Positions 16,936 to 26,230 of a DNA stretch of 36,413 bases are shown piece after piece (positions within the stretch are counted from its first letter, which is position 1; the number at the start of each line of letters is the position of its first letter). The position numbers and the translations under genes were made by a program. The DNA is from a virus, in the IMG/VR virus record IMGVR_UViG_3300010327_000704, positions 1-36,413 of that record; one strand, given 5' to 3'. The notes below the pieces were generated by a model. That model saw nothing but the letters and a program-made list of their open reading frames with translations, did no database searches and was not told the origin of the DNA.

Positions 16936-19020
16936 CTAACAGGTTTTTATCACGGTCAGACCAGGACGGGATGCAGTCGTTCGGAAACCGCGATCGAAGC
17001 CGTATTCACGATAGGGGACGTCTACCCATTGGCCGTTTTGCATATACTGGACCGTACGGTGGCGTGGGGACTCGGCTGTCGTGTACTGGATGATCCGCGC
17101 CTTGAAGCCGGCTTGGCACAGTTTTTGGAAGAGATATTCGCTCATGGCCCAGCAGTCACCCCAACCATTCTTCACAAGGCACTGTGCGTCCGAACAGCCG
17201 AAGGCGTGGCGGTATTTCGATGCTTCGGTGAGTATGGAGGCGAGCGTGCCCTGATCACCGCCCCCAGCCTGGCCTTCGCCCCCACCAGAGGATTTGGTCT
17301 CCGGTTTCCATAGGGCTAGCTCGAGGCTTGTATCGAAGCCATCCGGGCCGAGCTTGTGCGAAATGCCCTTCAAGTAGAGTTCATCCTTGTATTCGTCTGT
17401 TTGGTTGTTGATGTGCACCCAACGGCCGGGGAAAAACTCCGGGTCTCCCAGAACCTCGCACGTGACAGCCTCTGAGGAATCCACGCGCTGTAACGTCCTC
17501 AGAATCTTTTTTCCTTTTTTTCGGGCTTCACACGGGCTCAGATCCGGCCAGTTCAACTCGAGACGTCCCATCTCGCCATACTTTTCCCAGTCCTTGTCCA
17601 GCACTTCAACGACCTCTCCGCCCTTGCATGTGATCTTGAGGGCCGCTACGATCGGCGCTTTCCCCTCAGTCATCTCAAAAGACTCCTCCAACATATTCCA
17701 ATCAGATAAGGCGAAGAGGATCTTGGAATCGTCCTCAAAGGGCTCTTTGATCTCGTGAACGTAGCATGTGTCGCCCTTCACAAAGACGTGCGTATCTTCC
17801 TCAAATTCCTCCAAGGCCTTCAATATAATGTCCCAATACGTCATTTCCTGCGTGGAAGTGGTGGTTTCACCTCCGCTGCTCTCAGAGCCGGGCTCGCCGG
17901 TGACGGTTTCTCCACACGTCGTCTTCAGGACTCTTCTGTGAGATCCGTCGTGTATTGTCCCGCAGCCGCAGTAATCTCTGTCGCAGCTGCAGCAGAAGAA
18001 CGTCCCCTCCGGGAAAATGTTAGATCCGCCCTGGGCAGTGCTCCCCGAGCCAGGATGCCCCGCACACTTGTCCACATTACAATCTGGGGGACAACGGTTA
18101 TATTGGATGTCAGTGGAACCACATTCGCATGGCCCGGTGACAGTGCAGACCGTATACTTCCCAGATCCCGATTTCGGGAGTGGACAGTCGCTTCTCCCGC
18201 ACGAGTTTTGGCACGGCCCTGAGGCATACCCACCTCCTGTAGTTCCCCCGGCTGTTGTTTCCTCTTTGAACGAGACCTTGGCCTCGAGGATCTCTTTTCG
18301 CAGTTTGATATTGGGTTTGAGCCCAGCCTTTTTTATGACGTCTTCTAGGACTCCTTTGACTGTTTTATCGACGTAGGATTCTGTGGTGGCCTTTTGTTCG
18401 AGTAGGACGCCCGTGTCAGCGAATTGGACTGTTATGTCGCGTTTTCCTTTTTTGACCTCGGCGATGAAGGCGGAGAAGGCGTCTCGGAGGATCCTCGTGG
18501 TTTCTTTCCCAGTTTCAGGGTCTGGGACTGGGGAATCATATTCGTAGCCAATCCGAACGTTGAGTTCGTCCCCTTGCATCAGCCGTTGAAAGCGCTGTTT
18601 TGTGTACGGAACCACGAGGGATCCTGTTCCGGTCGATTCGGTGATGCTTTTGTTGAAATCGACTGATTGAATCGCTGTGAGCTTCCATTGTTCTTTTATT
18701 TTGCACTTATTGAGATATTTCATGAGAGCGACGCTGGAAATGTTGTTGAGAAGATATTGGGCGATCGTGGGCTTAGTTTGCTCTTCCGAAGCCTCCTCAG
18801 TGGCGGTTTCTTCGGTGGTAGTCTGAGTGGTTTGTTCCTCTTTTGATTTCTTTTTGTCATCCTTTTTCTGTTGAGATTCTTTCTGTTGTTTTTGTTCGGT
18901 GATATCGAGCTTGAATGGCTCTTTCACGCACCACTCACGCTTGATCAGCTCGATTTCGATGACTGGCCTCGCCCCAGCCCGTAGTGGGATGTTTCGAGGA
19001 GTGATATACGTCACAGCCAC
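16936..19020 (-). CDS. Baseplate hub (gpD/gp27/XkdQ-like) with a Cys-rich insertion and a C-terminal transglutaminase/papain-like domain
   Basis: Hub motifs ELNVRIGY, DKTVKGVLEDVIKKAGL, EVLGDPEFFPGRWVHI...YLKGISHKLGPDGFDTSLEL. 15 Cys in aa 270-369. C-terminal GDCWAMSEYL...ARIIQY...RHRTVQ...WVDVPY. Confidence 0.8.
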   Translation of the reverse strand: MAVTYITPRNIPLRAGARPVIEIELIKREWCVKEPFKLDITEQKQQKESQQKKDDKKKSKEEQTTQTTTEETATEEASEEQTKPTIAQYLLNNISSVALMKYLNKCKIKEQWKLTAIQSVDFNKSITESTGTGSLVVPYTKQRFQRLMQGDELNVRIGYEYDSPVPDPETGKETTRILRDAFSAFIAEVKKGKRDITVQFADTGVLLEQKATTESYVDKTVKGVLEDVIKKAGLKPNIKLRKEILEAKVSFKEETTAGGTTGGGYASGPCQNSCGRSDCPLPKSGSGKYTVCTVTGPCECGSTDIQYNRCPPDCNVDKCAGHPGSGSTAQGGSNIFPEGTFFCCSCDRDYCGCGTIHDGSHRRVLKTTCGETVTGEPGSESSGGETTTSTQEMTYWDIILKALEEFEEDTHVFVKGDTCYVHEIKEPFEDDSKILFALSDWNMLEESFEMTEGKAPIVAALKITCKGGEVVEVLDKDWEKYGEMGRLELNWPDLSPCEARKKGKKILRTLQRVDSSEAVTCEVLGDPEFFPGRWVHINNQTDEYKDELYLKGISHKLGPDGFDTSLELALWKPETKSSGGGEGQAGGGDQGTLASILTEASKYRHAFGCSDAQCLVKNGWGDCWAMSEYLFQKLCQAGFKARIIQYTTAESPRHRTVQYMQNGQWVDVPYREYGFDRGFRTTASRPGLTVIKTC

Positions 19021-19043
19021 CAGAAAACACCTCTCGTCCCTGT

Positions 19044-19808
19044 TTAGGCGGGTTTGGGTTTCTGAATATTCTTGATCCGGTATTTCTCGGCCCTCGTACG
19101 ATTCCAGACCTTCTCACGGCCACAGACGCCACAATAGTTCGCCCCGCACTTTGTGCAGTGCAGCTGGCCTTCGGGGACTCTCTTGTTTTCTTCTCGTGTG
19201 AGTTTGCCGCCACAGTGTTTGCAGATGAGCTCCCAGACGGCCGTGTACCACCGATACTTGTATCCGTCATATTTCATGCAGAACGCGCATGACGGCTTGA
19301 ACTTCATGGCTTCCCCGACCACTGCAGCGGCTGGTGTGGTCGCTTTCTTCTTTTCCTCCTCTTCGAGCGGAATCTTGACGTCATCAGGTAATTCGGCTGT
19401 TTCTTTGATCTCGACGGTGATTTCACCATACCCGAAATGGTCGCGGGCCCCGGCATCGAAATACCCAGCCTCGGATGGTGAAAACTTGATCTCAGCTTTC
19501 ATATGGCCCTTGATACATCCCCCGACATGTGGCGAGCATATCGTGACAATTTGACCGTCCAGGGCCTTCACATACTCATATGCCGCCTTGGAGAACTCGA
19601 TGAATTCGCACGTAAATTTGATGTCGCGGGATGTTGGGGGGCCTTTCATGATTACGCGGCCTAGATCGACGACTTTCTTCTCGATGGGCTCATATCCACC
19701 CCCAGCCGGGGAGACCTCGAAGTCCTTCACGAAGAAGGGGATTCCATTGATCGTGACAGTTGCTTTTGACTCGTCTCGCTTCCAGTGCCGTATAACCACG
19801 CGGATCAC
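19044..19808 (-). CDS. Tail tube initiator-like (XkdP/gpU-position) protein with a C-terminal 8-Cys domain
   Basis: Lies between TMP and hub; N-terminal beta domain; four CxxC pairs (C174/177, 196/199, 218/221, 226/229). Confidence 0.6.
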   Translation of the reverse strand: MIRVVIRHWKRDESKATVTINGIPFFVKDFEVSPAGGGYEPIEKKVVDLGRVIMKGPPTSRDIKFTCEFIEFSKAAYEYVKALDGQIVTICSPHVGGCIKGHMKAEIKFSPSEAGYFDAGARDHFGYGEITVEIKETAELPDDVKIPLEEEEKKKATTPAAAVVGEAMKFKPSCAFCMKYDGYKYRWYTAVWELICKHCGGKLTREENKRVPEGQLHCTKCGANYCGVCGREKVWNRTRAEKYRIKNIQKPKPA

Positions 19809-22375
19809 CCTGTTTTGAGCGACTCCTTCGCTACGAAGTACTCGAGACCCTTGGCCACGATTCTGGCGGCTTCTTCTTGGGTCTTGTCGCGAGCGTCGAT
19901 TTGGATCGCCCCCTTCCCAATGTAGACCACGTTTCCGCCGGTCTTTGACGAACCAGCCAATTCGAGGCTGCGTTTCATCGTCTCGAGATTGCGAGGATCG
20001 AGGTCTGGGAATTTCACAAGGGGGACACCCCCGGGAGCTCGGATCTCGAGAGGACTGCCGAACCCAATGCCAAAAATGGAGGATCCGCCGCCTCCTCCTC
20101 CCACCTTATACGGTCCCACGCCTACGCCCCATCCTGGGGCTGCTGCTCCTTTGCCCGTTGCTTCGTCGCTTTTAATGATGAAATTCTGTAGAGCGTTCAC
20201 AGCGTCCCAAATGGACTGTGTGAGCTTGTCCCACTGATCCTTGAGCCACTTGAGCCCCTCGATCAGCGGAGCGATCTTATCCGTTACTTGTTTGATCGCG
20301 TCCCGTATGGCGTTCCACGCCCCTAACAGGACGCTCATAATGAACGAACCAATCTGGGACAAAATGTCCCACAGTCTTTGGAGAATTGGCATAAGCACGG
20401 GGGATATGAAGTCCCAGATCTTCTTCAGACCGTCCAGAAACGCCTGGAACGCCTTCACAAGCATACCCCAAACAAAAAAGGCCACACCTTTCAGGACATT
20501 CCAAACATTCATCACAGCCTTCCGAAATCCCTCATTCGTGTTCCACAAGTAGAGAATAACCCCAATGAGGATTGCTATAGCCATTATCACGAGAAATATG
20601 GGGTTCATGGCCATCACAGCATTGAGCAGGGCCTGTCCGGCTGCCGCTATCTTGCTTGCGGCCCCAAGGAGGAAATTTTTGACGGCGGCGGCCGCTGTGG
20701 CAGCCGCGTTCTTAATCTGAGCCCATATGCCTCTCAGAGTCGCTTTGTTCAACCCTTCTTGGCTTACTGTTGCTGAGGCGATGCGATCGCGGAGGTTCTT
20801 GAATGATGTGGCCACGGCCCCTGGAACGCCCCGAATCCCGGAAATCTTGTCTTTTAGGGTTCCGGCTCTTGACGCGGCGCTGGAGAGGGCGTCTTTGAGC
20901 CCGGAGAGGCTTGGCATCGAGATCCTACCACGGAGAGCGGACATCAAGTCCTTGGCCTTCCGCGCGGCCTCAGAAAGGGAACTCCTGAGCCCAGAGAGCC
21001 TTGTTTTCAAGTCGTCGACTGATGGAAGGGCGCTGGCGATCTTGTCCTTGATTGTGCCAGCCGTGCTTGCAACGGAGCTAAATGCGCTTTTTAGCGAGCT
21101 GACGGATGGCAAAGCGTCCTTTATGGCGCTGCCGATATCCCATATTGGACTAAGAATGGCCCCTATTAGGGGAAGCGAACCGATAAACGCTATGATCATC
21201 CCAGCGGCTACCCCGAGCTTGGTAGACCATCCACCCGTCGTTTTATCCAGCCAACTGAAGAAGTCGAGAATCTTGTTTAAAACTGGGAGCAGATAGCCGC
21301 CGATCGTAATCAGAGCGGCCTGCACTCTTCCCTTGAACTCTTCCCACTTCTTAAGCGTCGTATCCTGCTGGCTGATGCCCTTGGCGTGTATCGCGGCTAA
21401 CGCCTCATTTAGAGCCTTAGTCCTTTCCTCGACAGTCTTGGCCTTTTCGAGCTTGTCGACATAATCTTTGAGAATAGAATCTCGTTTAAGTTGTTCCACG
21501 TTCCCCGTGCGTATATAGTCGATGAGGTCGTACTGTGCTTCCATCAGGGGCTTGCCGGACGCTGCGGTTGCCATCAGATAGTCGGAGGCCGCCGTTCCAA
21601 GCTCTTTGAGGGTTTTGGAGCTCACATTGGTCTGGTTTATAACGGCGCCGCTGAGTAGCTGAGAAATGAATGAGTCTGGGGCTGGGCTCTGTATATTCAC
21701 CTCTCGGATAGTATTCATGTATTCCTGGGCCTTCTTTTTCCCAACCACGGATTCCATCCAAACCTGCTGCAATTCTCGCTGCATAGCCCCTGTAAAGGCT
21801 TCTCCCATCATCTGCGAGACAGAATAGCCACCTGCGATTCCAGCTATCGCCCCGCCGAGCGAATCAAAAGATGCTGACAGAGAGGAAAGCCCAGATCTTA
21901 CTGATGATATCGCTGAGCTCGCAGCACCTCTCATACGACTGGAGGCGCTCTGGGCGGCTGAAGCGAGCCTAGAGAAGGCTGATGAGCCGACTGATGCGAT
22001 CTGTCTCAGGACATTGGTCACTGATCGAGTTGCGGACGTGTATCTGCTCATCGCTGAGGTTGTGGAGCTGATTTCTTTCCGTTCTGCGCTGTATCGTTGC
22101 ATGGCGGCTCTTTGGGCATCCCTGGTGGCTGCTGAGGTCTGCTTCAAAGCCCCTTGTAGCGTTGCTTCACCGGTCGCCAGAGAAGACCATACGCTGGCCC
22201 CGGTATCTGAAAGGGAGGATAATGAGGCCCTGGCTTGGCCTGTGCTCGATGTTAGGCTGTCGCCGAATTGTCTGACCTTTGCTACGGCGTCCCTCACGGC
22301 TGCGTTGACCCGCGACATCGCCGCCGACACATACTCGGTCGCTCGGATCCTCACAAGGACATCAGAGACTGGCAT
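19805..22375 (-). CDS. Tape measure protein
   Basis: 856 aa, Ala/Ser-rich helical, hydrophobic repeats such as MNPIFLVIMAIAILIGVILYLWNTNEGFRKAV; follows the chaperone gene. Confidence 0.93.
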   Translation of the reverse strand: MPVSDVLVRIRATEYVSAAMSRVNAAVRDAVAKVRQFGDSLTSSTGQARASLSSLSDTGASVWSSLATGEATLQGALKQTSAATRDAQRAAMQRYSAERKEISSTTSAMSRYTSATRSVTNVLRQIASVGSSAFSRLASAAQSASSRMRGAASSAISSVRSGLSSLSASFDSLGGAIAGIAGGYSVSQMMGEAFTGAMQRELQQVWMESVVGKKKAQEYMNTIREVNIQSPAPDSFISQLLSGAVINQTNVSSKTLKELGTAASDYLMATAASGKPLMEAQYDLIDYIRTGNVEQLKRDSILKDYVDKLEKAKTVEERTKALNEALAAIHAKGISQQDTTLKKWEEFKGRVQAALITIGGYLLPVLNKILDFFSWLDKTTGGWSTKLGVAAGMIIAFIGSLPLIGAILSPIWDIGSAIKDALPSVSSLKSAFSSVASTAGTIKDKIASALPSVDDLKTRLSGLRSSLSEAARKAKDLMSALRGRISMPSLSGLKDALSSAASRAGTLKDKISGIRGVPGAVATSFKNLRDRIASATVSQEGLNKATLRGIWAQIKNAAATAAAAVKNFLLGAASKIAAAGQALLNAVMAMNPIFLVIMAIAILIGVILYLWNTNEGFRKAVMNVWNVLKGVAFFVWGMLVKAFQAFLDGLKKIWDFISPVLMPILQRLWDILSQIGSFIMSVLLGAWNAIRDAIKQVTDKIAPLIEGLKWLKDQWDKLTQSIWDAVNALQNFIIKSDEATGKGAAAPGWGVGVGPYKVGGGGGGSSIFGIGFGSPLEIRAPGGVPLVKFPDLDPRNLETMKRSLELAGSSKTGGNVVYIGKGAIQIDARDKTQEEAARIVAKGLEYFVAKESLKTG

Positions 22376-22378
22376 GGC

Positions 22379-22585
22379 CTACCTCAGCTTCCGCGCAAGT
22401 TTTTCCCGTTCCTTCTCAAGTTTCTCATGCTCTCTGACCTCATTCATGATCTTGAAGTAATGATAGAAGTATAATGCGAGTATGTCCCGCTCGTACTTGT
22501 GCTTTATAACTTTGGCGGGTCTCCAGCCGAGATCTCGGCAAATGCGACGTATAACTTCAAATTCGAGCGATCTTGTTAACTTGAA
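22379..22585 (-). CDS. Frameshift extension (gpGT-like) of the tail assembly chaperone, +1 frame; not in the ORF track
   Basis: Fills the gap to the TMP start: FKLTRSLEFEVIRRICRDLGWRPAKVIKHKYERDILALYFYHYFKIMNEVREHEKLEKEREKLARKLR*. No usable own start near the 5' end; entered at TTT-C (22586-22583). Confidence 0.7.
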   Translation of the reverse strand, partial: FKLTRSLEFEVIRRICRDLGWRPAKVIKHKYERDILALYFYHYFKIMNEVREHEKLEKEREKLARKLR

Positions 22586-23342
22586 ATAAGCGCTCGACGC
22601 TTCGCCCGGCTAATCCGAGGGCTTCAAGTGTTCTGGTGAGTGCTATGGTTTGCATCGCGATGTTCTGGCGTTTCCAAAACTCCACAGCCTTCGCCTTGTC
22701 CTCAGGGGGTGATAGGAACGTTCCGAGGAAGTTCGCGGTTTTCTCGATTTCTTTTGCAAGGTTTGCGATCCTCTGCTGTTCCATCTTCGAAACGATTTCG
22801 AGATATTTCTCTTCTTCTTGCTCTGATTTGAGATTGCCGCTTGTCCCACGGGCCAGCAGGTTTCTTTCGTATGCTGAGAGCTCTGACATGATGTGCTCGT
22901 CCACGTTCATCACTGATAGGTCATCTCCGGGCTCAATGGGCTTCACTTTGAATTTGAGAAGATAGTCACCGGTGTCTATCTTGATCCATTTGTCCTCGTA
23001 GGGTTTGAGGACTTCGAGCAGCTCTCGTTCGGTTTCGATGATCGCCCGGAACTCTTTGATGTTCTCCATGAACTTTTCGAATTCTTTGCGTTGCTTCGCC
23101 GTTTTCAGATTCTCTGCGATCTGGTCATGGTATTTGACGTAGATCTGTCGTATTTGGCCGACTTTGACGCTGTCTGAGGCTTTGATTTTCCCATCTTCGA
23201 GTTCTTTGATGATTTCTTGTTCTTTTGGGGTTAGATTGAGAAGTTTTAGCCCGGGAAGGAACTGTTCCCGGGCCAGTTTGAGTAGAGCCTCCCCCACCAT
23301 TCTTTCTTCGGCTTTTGGGTCGCCCTTAGGGCCTTTCACCAT
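22557..23342 (-). CDS. Tail assembly chaperone (gpG-like)
   Basis: Canonical position between tube and TMP; helical and charged; overlapping frameshift ORF at its 3' end. Confidence 0.7.
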   Translation of the reverse strand: MVKGPKGDPKAEERMVGEALLKLAREQFLPGLKLLNLTPKEQEIIKELEDGKIKASDSVKVGQIRQIYVKYHDQIAENLKTAKQRKEFEKFMENIKEFRAIIETERELLEVLKPYEDKWIKIDTGDYLLKFKVKPIEPGDDLSVMNVDEHIMSELSAYERNLLARGTSGNLKSEQEEEKYLEIVSKMEQQRIANLAKEIEKTANFLGTFLSPPEDKAKAVEFWKRQNIAMQTIALTRTLEALGLAGRSVERLFQVNKIARI

Positions 23343-23376
23343 ACCACACGTCTCCTTGTGCTTTCTCTGATCTGGT

Positions 23377-23853
23377 CTAGTGGAATGCGGGTGATTCTTC
23401 GATTAGTTGGGGTGATATGATCTCGAATCCCCTGAAGGCCTTCAGTTTCCAGCTCTGCTCGGCTGGCTCGTTGATCGTGAACGTCGTATCGATATCGACG
23501 CTTGCACAGCCGTAGAATCGCATGGCTTCGAGGAACGTGCCCTTCTTCTCAGCGAAAGCCCATACAGAGATCGTCATATCGTAGTCGTCCTTCATCTGCT
23601 CGATTAGGCGCGCGTAGGGGATTTCGTGAACCATCATATCTGAGAATTCGAGTTCGATTTCAGTCTTTCCGTCGACTACGAGTGATGGGAGGCTGCCACT
23701 GGTATAGACGGCCTTCTGGTCTAGCTTCACGCTGATCTTGAGCTTAGAGGCTTCTATTTTCACGCTCTTTCCTTTGGCTTTGACGACGAAATAGGCGAGT
23801 CCTCCGCCGTATATTACTTTGGGGAGGCGTGATGGGGTCATCTTTTGGGCCAT
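23377..23853 (-). CDS. Tail tube protein (XkdM-like)
   Basis: 158 aa, beta-rich, immediately after the sheath gene; GKTEIELEF...FYGC...DIDTTFTINEPAEQSWKLKAF. Confidence 0.8.
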   Translation of the reverse strand: MAQKMTPSRLPKVIYGGGLAYFVVKAKGKSVKIEASKLKISVKLDQKAVYTSGSLPSLVVDGKTEIELEFSDMMVHEIPYARLIEQMKDDYDMTISVWAFAEKKGTFLEAMRFYGCASVDIDTTFTINEPAEQSWKLKAFRGFEIISPQLIEESPAFH

Positions 23854-23889
23854 ATTAGATCACCTGATCCCAAATGAGTCTAAGAAGTG

Positions 23890-25110
23890 TTATTCTTCGA
23901 TGTATGATCCTGCAGCCATTATAGAGGTTTGGATCACGACTTCCTCGACGCTTTCGGGTGGCGTGAGGGTCAGTTCGATGTCTATGACGTTCGGGGAGTC
24001 AGAGTTGATATATGCTTCGATTGTTCCGTTTCGGATTGTTCCTTGTGACTGGTTTTTGGCTATGATGGCTTGTCCGCTGCTCTTCACCATGTTGACAGCG
24101 TCTTGGGTGGCCATTTCGTAGATTTCGGATGCTGCCACCTCAATTATCTGTTTGAGCACATGGTCGATGGCCGCTCGGGCATAGATCGTCGAATCGACTG
24201 GCCTCTGGCCAGCGAGATCCTTTCTGTAACTCGTCATGACCGGCCATACTGGGCCGTATCGGGTTGCTGATCGGGGCTTAAACAGCCAATCGCAGTTTAT
24301 TCCAGCTTCTTTGAGTTGTACGAGCTCTGACCATGGCCTCTTTATGATGGTGTCGGCGGAAACTGTCTTATACGTGTATTTACCGGGGTTTTCCCATGGA
24401 TATGTGCCAGAGACAAGCCCAGCGAAACCAGCGAGGTTAACCGGGTTATCATAGAGCGCTACTCGGCTGCTGCGAATGTATCCGCCACTTCCCTCGGAGG
24501 GGTCGGTCAGTCGTTTGATGTCTTCGAGGCCGGCCTGCTTTGGTGTGGGCGCGATAGCTGTGATAGGCTGGGGGAAGTTGGAATAGCCCATAGCCGGGTC
24601 TCCATGCAGCGATTTGTACAGATGCTGGTCTACCTGTTGCATGAGGTATACGAACGCGTTAGGTCGCTGCTGTCCACCGTGCTCGACAGAATCAAGGCCC
24701 ACTAGATCGCCAGCGTCAACGTAGGCCTCGAGGTCGATGCTGGCATCTGAATCCTCGATTAGCTTTACGGCTTGTAAATAGCGGTCTATTATGTCCGGAA
24801 CGTCGAGATTGTCCGTTGCTCCGATGTCGATGACGTATAGGTGTTCGACTGGGCATCTCTCGATGTCATGACACAGTCTCGCCTCATAGAAAAACTGTGC
24901 AACCGCGCCAAGCAGCCTGCCGCCTTCTGCTAGGTCATCATAGTAGTCTAATAGTTCGTCGTAGAATTCTATGTGGCGTATGACCATATCTTCCCCAGAT
25001 TCGATTTCGACTCCTGATGGGCCGATGATAGCCGCTATCTTCCCCTCTCCCTGACAGCGGGGGATCAGTTCCACCCTCTCGGGCGTGACACGGACTCCGG
25101 GAAGTCCCAT
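23890..25110 (-). CDS. Contractile tail sheath protein (compact, 406 aa)
   Basis: N-terminal LPGVRVT...IAAIIG; C-terminal RAAIDHVLKQI...NVIDIELTLTPPESVEEVVI. Confidence 0.88.
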   Translation of the reverse strand: MGLPGVRVTPERVELIPRCQGEGKIAAIIGPSGVEIESGEDMVIRHIEFYDELLDYYDDLAEGGRLLGAVAQFFYEARLCHDIERCPVEHLYVIDIGATDNLDVPDIIDRYLQAVKLIEDSDASIDLEAYVDAGDLVGLDSVEHGGQQRPNAFVYLMQQVDQHLYKSLHGDPAMGYSNFPQPITAIAPTPKQAGLEDIKRLTDPSEGSGGYIRSSRVALYDNPVNLAGFAGLVSGTYPWENPGKYTYKTVSADTIIKRPWSELVQLKEAGINCDWLFKPRSATRYGPVWPVMTSYRKDLAGQRPVDSTIYARAAIDHVLKQIIEVAASEIYEMATQDAVNMVKSSGQAIIAKNQSQGTIRNGTIEAYINSDSPNVIDIELTLTPPESVEEVVIQTSIMAAGSYIEE

Positions 25111-25121
25111 ACCTTATCACC

Positions 25122-25763
25122 TTACTCTTTGAGTTTAAAGCCGGTGTAGACCGGCAGTTTGTCGGTTTTTTCATCTTCCACGATTAGATTGACCTCCTGC
25201 GTCGCAATGTGCACTGGAGGTTTGTGATCTGGTTCGATGTCATAGTCCCAGCGCCCCACTCCAACAGAGAAGACTCCATACTCCGTGAAAGGCGAAGTAG
25301 GCCCCCGATAGTTCGGGCTTTCCTCGTCGACACCCCAGTACGGGCAACGGGCATATGAAGAATCCTCGGAGTACAGTTGGATTGCATCGCATCTTTCATT
25401 TGACGTTTTGCAGATTTGACCGTCGAGATTCTTGCAGAACATGAAGTGGGCGATACGAGCGCGATTCACCAACTCTACAACCTGCGAAATGATCGAATCC
25501 CTCTCCAGGACGCTGGTAGCGTATATTATCACGTTCATCGTGTATTCTGCGAGTCGCAGCACCTTTCGAGACGCCTCGAGTCCTTCAACCTCCAAGGACG
25601 TGATATGATACGGCAGTTCTCTCGTATGGGATAAATGGAAGGTTACGAACGGAAGTTCTACAATTTCCTCGACGTTGGCGATCACTGGCACTATCTTCTC
25701 GCCCAGTTTGATCCGCCCTCTGAGGATGTCGATGAAAAACTTCATTGGGGTGAGTTCAGTCAT
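25122..25763 (-). CDS. Tail terminator/completion protein with a 4-Cys insertion
   Basis: Precedes the sheath; LPFVTF...YTMNVIIYATSVLERDSIISQV pattern; insert CKNLDGQICKTSNERC...RCPYW. Confidence 0.62.
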   Translation of the reverse strand: MTELTPMKFFIDILRGRIKLGEKIVPVIANVEEIVELPFVTFHLSHTRELPYHITSLEVEGLEASRKVLRLAEYTMNVIIYATSVLERDSIISQVVELVNRARIAHFMFCKNLDGQICKTSNERCDAIQLYSEDSSYARCPYWGVDEESPNYRGPTSPFTEYGVFSVGVGRWDYDIEPDHKPPVHIATQEVNLIVEDEKTDKLPVYTGFKLKE

Positions 25764-26227
25764 CCTCCGAGCCTCCTGCTCAGCACTCTGTTCACGATCG
25801 CTCTGACACGGCCCCTCATGGCGTAGTTTTGTGCGATCTGGCGGTGGTATGGTCTGCCGAGAACCACGCCGGGGCCCCCTGGCGCCCTACGCTTATACGA
25901 GCCGCCATAGACTCGTCTGAGCAGGAAGAACCAGTATCGTCGCTGACCCGGCGTGGCCAACGTACGATGGCCGAGAATCACAAGGCCAGCGTGCAGATAG
26001 GGGCCGAGACGCTTAATCGAGACGATCTGAACCTCCCCAGCCCCAGCCCTCCTCAGAGTATGCGACGACCGCAAACCGCCGGTCTTCCTGGGCACCAACG
26101 GGGAAGTCCTGAACTCCCGGATCATGTCACGGCCGATCTCCCATACCACATCCTCCGGTGTTTTCCGAGCCGCCTCTACGAGCTTGTTCAACCGTTCGAG
26201 ACCTCGGACTTCGACGCTGACATGCAC
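25760..26227 (-). CDS. HK97 gp10-like neck/tail-completion protein
   Basis: VEVRGLERLNKLVE...PLVPRKTGGLRSSH; basic protein in the expected position. Confidence 0.72.
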   Translation of the reverse strand: MHVSVEVRGLERLNKLVEAARKTPEDVVWEIGRDMIREFRTSPLVPRKTGGLRSSHTLRRAGAGEVQIVSIKRLGPYLHAGLVILGHRTLATPGQRRYWFFLLRRVYGGSYKRRAPGGPGVVLGRPYHRQIAQNYAMRGRVRAIVNRVLSRRLGG

Positions 26228-26230
26228 GGA

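Noticed and set aside
20760-21130. Internal repeats in the tape measure protein (LPSVSSLKSAFSS.../MPSLSGLKDALSS...GT[IL]KDKI)
   Set aside because: Degenerate repeats are normal for tape measure proteins.
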